This document shows positions 26,234 through 34,161 of a stretch of 43,040 nucleotides of DNA, in pieces. The stretch covers positions 1 to 43,040 of IMG/VR virus record IMGVR_UViG_3300037423_001974; one strand, 5' to 3'. Every line of letters begins with the position of its first letter. Position 1 is the first letter of the stretch. The notes under the pieces were generated by a model. It had not been told where the DNA came from, searched no databases, and saw only the letters and a program-made list of their open reading frames with translations. Made by a program: the position numbers and the translations under genes. Source of the DNA: a virus (Duplodnaviria; Caudoviricetes).

Positions 26234-26682
26234 GTCGCGCTCCCGGTTGGTTCCTTGGCTGTGGGCGCCATGTCAGGGGCGTCGACGCGCAGCAGCAGGT
26301 GTCCCTTGCGCAGCAGCGCGGTCGGATAGACGCTGCCCGACCGCTCGATCTCGGTGAAGCCGAGTTCGGTCAGTGCTTGCAGCCACTTCCTGGGCCTCTC
26401 GTCGGACGACAGCAGGCCGCGCGTGTTCAGCCGCAGCACCTTCAGCCGCTTGCCGAAGTAGCCGGTGGGCTGGTAGTGGTCGAGCTTGATGCTCCAGTCG
26501 CTGACGTACAGGTGCAGCTCGATGCCGCGGGCCTTGAGCGCCGGCGCCAGCTCGTCCAGCCGATCCATCAGCGGCGCCAGCTCGCGCAGCTCGGCCAGGC
26601 GCCGGGCATGCTCCTCGTCGGCCCAGGCCACGGCGCGGGCATGCAGCGACGTGGGCGGGTTGATGCGGGCGCGGGCCTTCAT
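26230..26682 (-). CDS. Hypothetical protein
   Basis: MKARARINPP..., coupled to the upstream gene by ATGA. Confidence 0.7.
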   Translation of the reverse strand: MKARARINPPTSLHARAVAWADEEHARRLAELRELAPLMDRLDELAPALKARGIELHLYVSDWSIKLDHYQPTGYFGKRLKVLRLNTRGLLSSDERPRKWLQALTELGFTEIERSGSVYPTALLRKGHLLLRVDAPDMAPTAKEPTGSAT

Positions 26683-26822
26683 GCCGGCCTCACCGAGCAG
26701 CGGCGCAGCTCGCCGAACAGGTTCAGCAGCAGCACGATGGCCGCGCACGTGGAGCGCGCGACGACAGGCAACTCGCCTCGATGGCCGTTGGGCAGGGTGT
26801 AGCTGGCGGTGAAGAGGCGCAT
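26679..26822 (-). CDS. 47-aa hypothetical protein, first gene of the leftward early operon
   Basis: MRLFTASYTLPNGHRGELPVVARSTCAAIVLLLNLFGELRRCSVRPA*; RBS AGGAG; directly downstream of PL. Confidence 0.7.
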   Translation of the reverse strand: MRLFTASYTLPNGHRGELPVVARSTCAAIVLLLNLFGELRRCSVRPA

Positions 26823-26847
26823 CACTCGGCTCCTGAAAGTGATGCGG

Positions 26848-26876
26848 AGAATAGGCAATGCCGATTAGCGTGTCAA
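26848..26876 (-). promoter_or_regulatory. PL-like sigma70 promoter
   Basis: Minus strand TTGACA-N17-TATTCT. Confidence 0.8.
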
Positions 26877-26889
26877 CGGCATTGCCGAT
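26851..26889. promoter_or_regulatory. OL operators (two 15-bp palindromes)
   Basis: ATAGGCAATGCCGAT (26851-26865) and AACGGCATTGCCGAT (26875-26889) overlap PL. Confidence 0.8.
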
Positions 26890-27052
26890 ATTTCGGCCCA
26901 TGAACGACCAGGAATGCCGGGACGGATGTCACGCAAAGAGTGGCTGAGCGGCCACTCAGAATCACTGCCGACGATGAATTCGCCTAGGATTGCCGCAAAG
27001 TTTGCGGTCACCGCCAGGGTGGAAAGGCGAAGCTGTGTGGGCTTTGGAGACG

Positions 27053-27508
27053 ATGCGGCATGCCGCACATTGGATCGGGGGCGGCGTGCTGGTCTACAGC
27101 GTCGCCGGGATGGTCACGCTGCGCAGCGGCCAGGTGCTGCGGCGCCGCATCGAGGAGGTGGCGAGCCGCCGCTGCGCGCGTGCGCTGGTGCTGGACCTGC
27201 GCCAGGCCGTGCTGGTGTTGACACGCGCCGACTGGGTCGAGCTGTCAGCCAGCCGGGCGCACTGGTTCGTCGGCCAGATCCCGATGGCGACGCTGTGCGG
27301 CCCGGAGTTGCTGGCGCCGCTCGAGGTGCACGCGCTGCGCATGGCGCAGCAGGGTTACCTGCGCGATGTCTTCACCGATGAGGCGCAGGCGGTCGAATGG
27401 GCACAACTGTGGGCGCCGGTGTGGCCGCCCCGTCGGCGCCTGGGGGAGGTGCTGGCGGCGGCGGATCAAGAAGAGGCGCCGGCGGCACCCCTGAAGCAAT
27501 CAGCGTGA
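27053..27508 (+). CDS. STAS/SpoIIAA-like domain protein
   Basis: RBS GGAG; beta/alpha pattern with LVLDLR and C-terminal VFTDEAQAVEW. Confidence 0.6.
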   Translation: MRHAAHWIGGGVLVYSVAGMVTLRSGQVLRRRIEEVASRRCARALVLDLRQAVLVLTRADWVELSASRAHWFVGQIPMATLCGPELLAPLEVHALRMAQQGYLRDVFTDEAQAVEWAQLWAPVWPPRRRLGEVLAAADQEEAPAAPLKQSA

Positions 27509-27860
27509 AGGCCACCGAGGCGCCGGGATGGCGCCTCAGCTGACCGAGTAGTGCCACCAGCACCGGCACGATGCGCTCGCGCTCGGCCGGCGCAAAGCGG
27601 TCGAGCAGCTGGGCCACCGCCATCGCCTCGGGCGCCAGCTCCGACCAGGCCGCCGGCAGCCCCCAGTGCTCGGGCCCCACCACGTCGGCGAAATAGCTCA
27701 CCAGCTTGACCAGGTGGCGCTTGCCGATGCGCCCGCTTTTCAGCCATCCGGCCACCGATGACTGGCCGACGCCAAACGCGTCGGCGACCTGCTGCTGCGA
27801 CACACCCTTGCGGGCGATCGCGGCACGCAGCGCTTCGCCGAGGGCCTGGCCGGTGAGCAT
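27372..27860 (-). CDS. CI-like immunity repressor (XRE HTH); start may be 27866/27872
   Basis: LR.AI..KGVSQQQVADAFGV.Q.SV..W.K.GRI HTH; divergent from Cro. Confidence 0.85.
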   Translation of the reverse strand: MLTGQALGEALRAAIARKGVSQQQVADAFGVGQSSVAGWLKSGRIGKRHLVKLVSYFADVVGPEHWGLPAAWSELAPEAMAVAQLLDRFAPAERERIVPVLVALLGQLRRHPGASVAFTLIASGVPPAPLLDPPPPAPPPGADGAATPAPTVVPIRPPAPHR

Positions 27861-27880
27861 TTCCATAGACATGGATTGCA

Positions 27881-27948
27881 ACAGGCAATGCCTATTATTG
27901 GCAATGGCGCTGAAATGCTCTTGACTTGTCATCACCAATGCCTATGAT
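27881..27948. promoter_or_regulatory. OR operators and PR promoter
   Basis: ACAGGCAATGCCTAT (27881), ATTGGCAATGGCGCT (27897) and ATCACCAATGCCTAT (27931) match the OL motif. TTGACT-N16-TATGAT at 27921-27948. Confidence 0.8.
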
Positions 27949-27956
27949 CGCTGCTC

Positions 27957-28424
27957 ATGAACAAGGGCATGGAGCGCGCGATCACTGTCTTCGGCAGCCA
28001 GGCCGCCATGGCCGAGGCGCTGGAGGTGTCGCAGCCGACCATCAGTGAGTGGCTGCGCAGCGCCAAGCGCAAGGTGCCGGCCGAGCGCTGCCCGCAGATC
28101 GAGGGCGAGACCGCGCGCTTGGGGCAGCGGGTGTACTGCGAGGAGCTGCGCGACGACGTGCCCTGGGGGGTGCTGCGCAGCGGCTGCTGCAAGAACGGCG
28201 CGGCCAGTGGTGGTGGTGGTGGTGGTGCCGTGGGCGGCGGGCACGAGGCGGGCGGCAATGGTCACCGCAACGGACGTGGCGCGCCCCATAACGGCGGCGC
28301 CGGCCTGGCCGAGGTCGGCAGCTGGCCGCCGTGCGTCGAGCGCGAGCGGCGTCTGGCCCCACGCCGAGCCCGCGGCCGCCGCCAGCAAGACGGCGCGGCA
28401 GGCGGCAGCGAGGCTCGCCCGTGA
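27957..28424 (+). CDS. Cro/YdaS-like regulator with Gly-rich C-terminal extension
   Basis: AI..FGSQ..MA..L.VSQ..IS.W...VP..RC..IE..T...V.CEELR.DV.W..LR. Confidence 0.85.
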   Translation: MNKGMERAITVFGSQAAMAEALEVSQPTISEWLRSAKRKVPAERCPQIEGETARLGQRVYCEELRDDVPWGVLRSGCCKNGAASGGGGGGAVGGGHEAGGNGHRNGRGAPHNGGAGLAEVGSWPPCVERERRLAPRRARGRRQQDGAAGGSEARP

Positions 28425-28791
28425 TGCGCGTGGGCGCCAGTCTTTACGGGTCCCCGCTGCAGACGGGCGAGCGCCTGCAGCCTTGTGCCTCGCGTGGCCG
28501 CTGCGCCCAGCGGTGTGGGCGTGCTCTGCGGCGGTGTCTCCCCGCTGATCTGGCGCGCACACGGGGCGTTTTTTCTGCGCGGCCGGCAGCGCGCTCATGC
28601 CGCTGTCGCCTTGCGCGCGCTGCGCTCGGCGCGAGCCAGCGCGGCGCGCATCACGCACATCGACACCACCCACGCCAGGCGCTGGCGTGCCCACATCCAG
28701 TCGTTCATATGCCCGCTCTTTCTGTTTGCTTTGACGCAAGTCTGGGCGAGGGAGCAAGGGTTTTCCATAAGCAAATCGCGAGGAGTTTCTG

Positions 28792-29286
28792 ATGCAGGCC
28801 ATCACCGATGCCCTTGACCGGCTGTGCAAGCGCTATCCCGGCGGCATCGCCGCGATGGCGGTGCGCCTGGGCAAGCGCGACAAGACGCTGCGCGCGGAAC
28901 TCAAGCCGCCGGTGGGCTCGACGGCCAAGCTGGGCCTGGATGAGGCGGTGGAGATCATGCGCAACTGCCAGCAGCTGGGCATGCCCGACGCGCTGGCGCC
29001 GCTGGACCTGCTGGAGGCCGAGTTCGGGCGCCACGCCATCGCGCTGCCCGAACTGGCGCAGCTCAAGGACGGCGACCTGGTGCGCCACACGCACCGACTC
29101 ACCGGCGAGTTCTCCGACGTGCTGCTGGCGGTGGCCGAGGCAGGGCGCGACAACAAGATCACCGACCACGAGCTGCGCGACGCGGAAGCGCAGTTTGCCG
29201 AGCTCATCGCCGCCGGCCACCAGGTGCTCGAGCGCATGCGCGCGATGAACGCCAAGGCCAAGCCCGCGCACCTGCGCGCCGCCTGA
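28792..29286 (+). CDS. Phage CII-like regulatory protein
   Basis: YPGG..AMA.RLG...L..EL.P...KLG and D.KI...E motifs; RBS GAGGAG; position after cro. Confidence 0.78.
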   Translation: MQAITDALDRLCKRYPGGIAAMAVRLGKRDKTLRAELKPPVGSTAKLGLDEAVEIMRNCQQLGMPDALAPLDLLEAEFGRHAIALPELAQLKDGDLVRHTHRLTGEFSDVLLAVAEAGRDNKITDHELRDAEAQFAELIAAGHQVLERMRAMNAKAKPAHLRAA

Positions 29287-29301
29287 AGGGGAAGACCCAC
29301 C

Positions 29302-29520
29302 ATGCCCGACCTCAAGAACATCAACGGCCACCGCCAAGACGTGGCGCAGCAGCTGGAGTCCGTCGCCGCCTTCGTGGCGCAGGACAACTTCAACCAGATC
29401 GTGCGCAGCAGCGAGGCGCGCCAGCGTTATCACGAGCGCATCCGCATGCTCACGCGGCTGCTGCAGAACATCGACGACACGCTGGACGATCCGCAGACCG
29501 TGCCAGTGGAGGTCGCATGA
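29302..29520 (+). CDS. Hypothetical protein
   Basis: 72 aa with RBS and good codon usage. Confidence 0.7.
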   Translation: MPDLKNINGHRQDVAQQLESVAAFVAQDNFNQIVRSSEARQRYHERIRMLTRLLQNIDDTLDDPQTVPVEVA

Positions 29521-29578
29521 GCTGGCCGCTGTTGTGTTGGATGTGCACGCAGCTGTGGCTTCGCATGTGGGGGCTCGC

Positions 29579-29803
29579 ATGAGCGGCGGCGGCTTCACCG
29601 TCTCGATCGCCTTCGTTCCGGTGGCCGAGCAGCTGCCGGACGCCGAGACCAACGTGCTGCTGTACAGCGAGGAGCTCGGCTTTTTCGAGGGCTTCTGCGA
29701 CGGCACCGACGCGCTCGGCTTGGCCGTCTTCCGCGATGTCACCGCGGTCGAGGTGATGGGAGTGACTCATTGGGCGGCAATGCCTGAAAGGACGCAGGCA
29801 TGA
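29579..29803 (+). CDS. DUF551-like protein
   Basis: V.EQLPD....VL and VTHW..MP motifs; start uncertain. Confidence 0.65.
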   Translation: MSGGGFTVSIAFVPVAEQLPDAETNVLLYSEELGFFEGFCDGTDALGLAVFRDVTAVEVMGVTHWAAMPERTQA

Positions 29804-30378
29804 GCGACCGCCCCATCTTTTGGCGCGCGCTGGCAAAGAAAGGCAGCGGCGTGCTGCACGTGGCGACCGACGTCGTCGAGCGCGCCGGCCACACCTTCGT
29901 ATCGTTGGTGAACCTCGACACCAGTGTTGTGCACATGGTCCGGCCTGAGGAGTTCTGGCAGGACTTCGAGGTCGCCCAGGTCAAGCCCGACACGAACGCT
30001 GCGGCCGCGTTCTGGTCGGGCGTCTACACGCCGCAGGGCATGTCGGCCGAGGCGGTGAAGGCCGAGCTGGCGGACTACCACTTCCTGCTGCAGCAGGTGC
30101 CGTTGGTCTATCAGCATGTCACGGGCGGGCTGCTGTCGAAGACCAACTACTTCGCCAGCGCCGTCATGGCGGCGGCTGACGACGAGACCACCCGCCTGGC
30201 CGAGCAGGAGATCAACGAACGTGTTGAGCCCTTGCGCGCCTTGCTGCGCAAGGCCGTTCTGCAGCTGGGGTGGCTCAACACGCAGCGCACCGTGCCCAAC
30301 CAGGCGACGGATGAGCTGATCGACGCCATCGTCAAGGGGCTGGCTGACGCGGCATTGCCCGAAGGACCGAAGGCATGA
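29800..30378 (+). CDS. Hypothetical phage protein
   Basis: EL.DY....VP.VY.HVTGG.LSK.NY motif; coupled to neighbours. Confidence 0.7.
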   Translation: MSDRPIFWRALAKKGSGVLHVATDVVERAGHTFVSLVNLDTSVVHMVRPEEFWQDFEVAQVKPDTNAAAAFWSGVYTPQGMSAEAVKAELADYHFLLQQVPLVYQHVTGGLLSKTNYFASAVMAAADDETTRLAEQEINERVEPLRALLRKAVLQLGWLNTQRTVPNQATDELIDAIVKGLADAALPEGPKA

Positions 30379-30644
30379 GCATCCCCATGAAATCCATGAC
30401 GCCCAGCGAGCAGCAGCTCGCCTTCCGCCGGGCGCTCGAGGCCGCCATGGCGCAGCACGCGCAGACGCTCGACGCCATCGAGATCCTGGCGGTGCTGTCG
30501 CACCTCGTCGGCCAGGTCATCGCGCTGCAGGACCAGCGAACGATGACCTCGCAGATGGCGATGGCCATCGTGACGAACAACATCGAGCACGGCAATCGCG
30601 AGGTGGTTGATCGCCTGCTCACCGAGACTGGAGGTCACGCGTGA
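30375..30644 (+). CDS. Hypothetical protein
   Basis: 89 aa, translationally coupled. Confidence 0.7.
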   Translation: MSIPMKSMTPSEQQLAFRRALEAAMAQHAQTLDAIEILAVLSHLVGQVIALQDQRTMTSQMAMAIVTNNIEHGNREVVDRLLTETGGHA

Positions 30645-31150
30645 GCATCGCCGAGTGCCTCATCGCCCGCATCACGCGCCGTGCGCCCGACTTCGTCATC
30701 GGCGGCCACGAGCGGCCCTACCTGCGCCGCTGGTTCGTCATCCCGCGCAACCGCTTCTTCAACGTCTACCTGCACCAGTTTCTGCGCAGCGACGACGACC
30801 GCGCGCTGCATGACCACCCGTGGGTGAACCTGTCCGTGCTGCTGCGCGGCGCGTACGTGGAGCACACCATCGCGGCCGGCGGCATCGAGCATCGCACGGT
30901 GCGCATGGCCGGCGACTGGGCATTCCGGTGGACGGGCCGGCTCGCGCACCGGATCGAGGTCACCGATCCCTGCTGGACCTTGTTCATCACCGGCCCGCGC
31001 TACCGCGAATGGGGCTTCCACTGCCCTGACACCGGCTGGATCCACTGGAAGCGCTTCACCGCGGCTGACGACCCGGGCGCCATCGGCCCCGGATGCGGCG
31101 CTGCGGAAGCGCCTCACGGCGAGGAGCGTGTGAAGGGCGGCGCATGCTGA
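30641..31150 (+). CDS. Cupin-fold (metal-binding) phage protein
   Basis: YLH.F..SDDDR.LHDHPW, Y.E, HR and WTLF.TG...R.WGF motifs. Confidence 0.7.
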   Translation: MSIAECLIARITRRAPDFVIGGHERPYLRRWFVIPRNRFFNVYLHQFLRSDDDRALHDHPWVNLSVLLRGAYVEHTIAAGGIEHRTVRMAGDWAFRWTGRLAHRIEVTDPCWTLFITGPRYREWGFHCPDTGWIHWKRFTAADDPGAIGPGCGAAEAPHGEERVKGGAC

Positions 31151-33063
31151 ACGACCAGTTCGTGCTCGACATTTCCCACGAGCTGGTGGTGGACCTGTTC
31201 GCCGGCGGCGGCGGGGCCTCGGCCGGCATCGAGCAGGCCATCGGTCGGCCCGTCGACATCGCCGTCAACCACGACCCCGACGCCGTGGGCATGCACGAGA
31301 TGAACCACCCGCAGACGAATCACTACCTGTGCGACGTGTTCGAGGTGGACCCGCTCGAGGCGACCGGCGGCCGGCCGGTCGGCTACCTGCACGCCAGTCC
31401 CGACTGCACGCATCACAGCCAGGCGCTCGGCGGCCAGCCGCGCAGCCGCAAGGTCCGCAGCCTGGCCTGGGCGGTCCACAAGTGGGTGGGCAAGACCAAG
31501 CCCAAGGTCGTCACGCTGGAGAACGTCAAGCAGATGCTGCTGTGGGCGCCGCTGGTGGCCAAGCGCGACAAGGCCACGGGCCGCGTGGTGCGCGTCGATG
31601 GCAGCGTGGCCGCCAAGGGCGAGCACGTGCCGGTCAACGAGCAATGGCTGGTGCCGTGCCCGAAGCGCACCAGCCAGAACTGGAAGCACTTCATCGACGG
31701 CCTGCGCGCCATGGGTGCCACCGCGATCCAGTGGCGCGTGATCGTCAACGCCGACCTGGGCGCGCACAGCACGCGCGAGCGCCTGTACGTGGTGATCCGA
31801 TTCGACGGCGAGCCGATCGTTTGGCCGGAGCAGACGCACGCCAAGAAGCCGAAGAAGGGGCAAAAGCCGTGGCGCCCTGCCGCCGACTGCATCGACTGGA
31901 GCATCCCGGGCCGAAGCATCTTCGGACGCGACAAGCCGCTGGCCGACGCCACGATGCGGCGCATCGCCCACGGCATGCGCCGGTTCGTGCTGGAGTGCCC
32001 GGAGCCGTTCATCGTGCCGGCCACGCACACCGACGCCAGCAATCGCACCCGCCCGCTGAGCGAGCCGATGCCGACCGTGACGGCGGCCAACCGCGGGGAG
32101 CTGATGCTGCTGGCGCCCACGCTCGTGCCGGTGACGCACACCCGTGACACAGCATTCGATCCACGCGACCCGCTGCGCACGATCACGACGGCGAAGGGCG
32201 GCGAGACCGCGATCGCGTCGGCTTGGCTGGTGCAGGCCGGCCATGGTGAGGGCAGCGGTGCGACGAAGCGGCGCAGCCACGGCGTTAACGACATCCAAGG
32301 CCCGATCGGCACCGTGACGGCGAGCGGCGGCGGCCAGTCGCTTGCTGCGGCTGTGCTGGTGCAGATGGGCTACGGCGAGCGAGAGGGTCAGGCGCCGCGC
32401 GCGCTCGATCTCGACGCACCGCTCGGCACGGTGGTGGCCGGTGGCCTCAAGCATGGCCTGAGCACCGCGTTCATGGTGCAGGCCAACGGCGGCTTCAACG
32501 AGACGCACGCCCGCGACCTGCGCGAGCCGATGTCGACCGTGACGACGAAGGGCAGCCAGCAGCAGCTGATCGCCGCGCACCTGACGGCGCTGCGCCGACA
32601 CAGCAGCGGCACCGACCTGCGCGATCCGGTGGCCACTGTCACCGCCGGCGGCGAGCACCACGCGCTCGTCCAGTACCAGTTGAGCCAGGAGCACGAGGAG
32701 GGCGCACTGCGCTGCGCCGCCTTCCTCATGCGCTACCACGGCACCGGCGGCCAGTGGGCCGACCTGCGCGACCCGATGACCACGGTGACGACGCGCGACC
32801 GCCTGGCGCTGGTCACCGTCTGGCTCAAGGGCGAGCCGTGGGTGATCGTCGACATCTGCCTGCGCATGCTGGTGCCGCGCGAGCTGTACAACGCGCAGGA
32901 CTTCCCGGCGAGCTACGTCATCGACCGCACGGCCGCGGGCAAGGTGCTGAGCAAGACCGCCCAGGTGCGCATGTGCGGCAACTCGGTCAGCCCGCTGCCG
33001 ATGCGCCTCATCGTGGCGGCCAACTACTGCGAGCGCCAGGCGCTGCGGCGGGAGGCCGCGTGA
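31144..33063 (+). CDS. DNA (cytosine-5) methyltransferase
   Basis: Motif I DLFAGGGG, motif IV SPDC, motif VI ENV, motif VIII RERL and motif X GNSV. Confidence 0.93.
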   Translation: MLNDQFVLDISHELVVDLFAGGGGASAGIEQAIGRPVDIAVNHDPDAVGMHEMNHPQTNHYLCDVFEVDPLEATGGRPVGYLHASPDCTHHSQALGGQPRSRKVRSLAWAVHKWVGKTKPKVVTLENVKQMLLWAPLVAKRDKATGRVVRVDGSVAAKGEHVPVNEQWLVPCPKRTSQNWKHFIDGLRAMGATAIQWRVIVNADLGAHSTRERLYVVIRFDGEPIVWPEQTHAKKPKKGQKPWRPAADCIDWSIPGRSIFGRDKPLADATMRRIAHGMRRFVLECPEPFIVPATHTDASNRTRPLSEPMPTVTAANRGELMLLAPTLVPVTHTRDTAFDPRDPLRTITTAKGGETAIASAWLVQAGHGEGSGATKRRSHGVNDIQGPIGTVTASGGGQSLAAAVLVQMGYGEREGQAPRALDLDAPLGTVVAGGLKHGLSTAFMVQANGGFNETHARDLREPMSTVTTKGSQQQLIAAHLTALRRHSSGTDLRDPVATVTAGGEHHALVQYQLSQEHEEGALRCAAFLMRYHGTGGQWADLRDPMTTVTTRDRLALVTVWLKGEPWVIVDICLRMLVPRELYNAQDFPASYVIDRTAAGKVLSKTAQVRMCGNSVSPLPMRLIVAANYCERQALRREAA

Positions 33064-33065
33064 CG

Positions 33066-33278
33066 CTACGTCATTCCTTCCGCGCGCGCCTTGGCCGCAG
33101 CCAGCCCCATGCGCAGTGCCTGCTCGCAGCTCGTGCACGGCACCTTGCCCACCGAGTAGGTGCGCCCGTCAATGAGGTAGCTCCAGGCCCAGTGGTGAGC
33201 GCTGCGCGTGGCCGTCACCACGATGGTGTGGCCGGCGTGCTTGGTGGTGCGCTCTTGGTGGGTGTCGTCGGTGGCCAT
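33066..33278 (-). CDS. Small hypothetical protein, antisense to the operon
   Basis: 70 aa filling the gap between operon genes; TACGAT -10 lies 6 nt before the ATG. Confidence 0.6.
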   Translation of the reverse strand: MATDDTHQERTTKHAGHTIVVTATRSAHHWAWSYLIDGRTYSVGKVPCTSCEQALRMGLAAAKARAEGMT

Positions 33279-33343
33279 GCGGTCATCGTAGCTTCTCGCC
33301 AAGTGCCGAACCGGCCGCAGTGCCTCAAGCAAGGCGATCAGCC

Positions 33344-33544
33344 ATGAGCCCGCGCACACCGCCACCTGCACGACCGGCCGACCGCCATCGCATCCGCGCC
33401 TACCCGATGCGCTTCGAGCCCGAACTGATGGCCGCCATCAAGGCCATGGCGCAGCGCAATGGGCGCACTTTCCTGGGTGAAGTGGTGCATGTGATGAGCC
33501 GCGCGGTGGCCGAAGCCGCTGCAAGTTCGGATCGGGAGGCCTGA
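33344..33544 (+). CDS. Arc-family ribbon-helix-helix DNA-binding protein
   Basis: Y.MRF.PEL...IK..A..NGRT...EV motif. Confidence 0.8.
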   Translation: MSPRTPPPARPADRHRIRAYPMRFEPELMAAIKAMAQRNGRTFLGEVVHVMSRAVAEAAASSDREA

Positions 33545-34161
33545 TGTCGCGCACCGCCAGCCTGAAGCTGATGTACCCGCTCGCCGCGCGTCCCGAAGGC
33601 TGCAGCCGCGACGACCTGCTGGCCTGCGGGCTGGAGCTGTCGCGCGTGCTCCACAACATGTCGGCTTGGACGAAGCGTGGCACGGTGCTGTCGGCGGGCT
33701 ATGGGCGTGAGCGCCGGCTGTTCGTGCACGCAGAGCATGCGCAGGCCTACGTGATGCGGCTCGTGCCGTCGAGCTTCGAGAGTCCGGCGCTCAAGCGGCT
33801 GCGCCAGGCGCTGCGGCGCGTCGAGGCCGCCATCGTGCGCGAGATGCAACGCCAGCAGGAGCGTGAGCCTCGCCAGCCGGTCGCGCGGCGTCGGCCCAGG
33901 ACAGAAGTGGCCAGGCCGATGGGGTGCGAGGCGCCGCAGGCGGCATCGGCGGCGTCCACAGCGGAGCCGACGCCGGCATCGCGCCAGGTCACTGCGGCGT
34001 CGACGGTGCAAGTGCCAGCCCAAACACGGGCGACGTGGGGCCCCGACACACCGGTCATCGTGCCGGACCACATCCAGGTGCAGGTGTGCCCGTCGCCGCC
34101 GCACTTCGGCCCGGCGGCCAAGCTGTATGGCGTCGGTGCGGTCAAGGGAGAAGCAGCATGA
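33544..34161 (+). CDS. Hypothetical protein
   Basis: Coupled to neighbours; C-terminal IVP...VQVCP motif. Confidence 0.7.
   Translation: MSRTASLKLMYPLAARPEGCSRDDLLACGLELSRVLHNMSAWTKRGTVLSAGYGRERRLFVHAEHAQAYVMRLVPSSFESPALKRLRQALRRVEAAIVREMQRQQEREPRQPVARRRPRTEVARPMGCEAPQAASAASTAEPTPASRQVTAASTVQVPAQTRATWGPDTPVIVPDHIQVQVCPSPPHFGPAAKLYGVGAVKGEAA

Noticed and set aside
27942-28829. Minus-strand ORF containing a signal-peptide-like stretch (AVLLAAAAGSAWGQ) and poly-Thr
   Set aside because: There is no suitable start or RBS next to the hydrophobic stretch, and the 3' part is the antisense shadow of cro. It cannot be supported.
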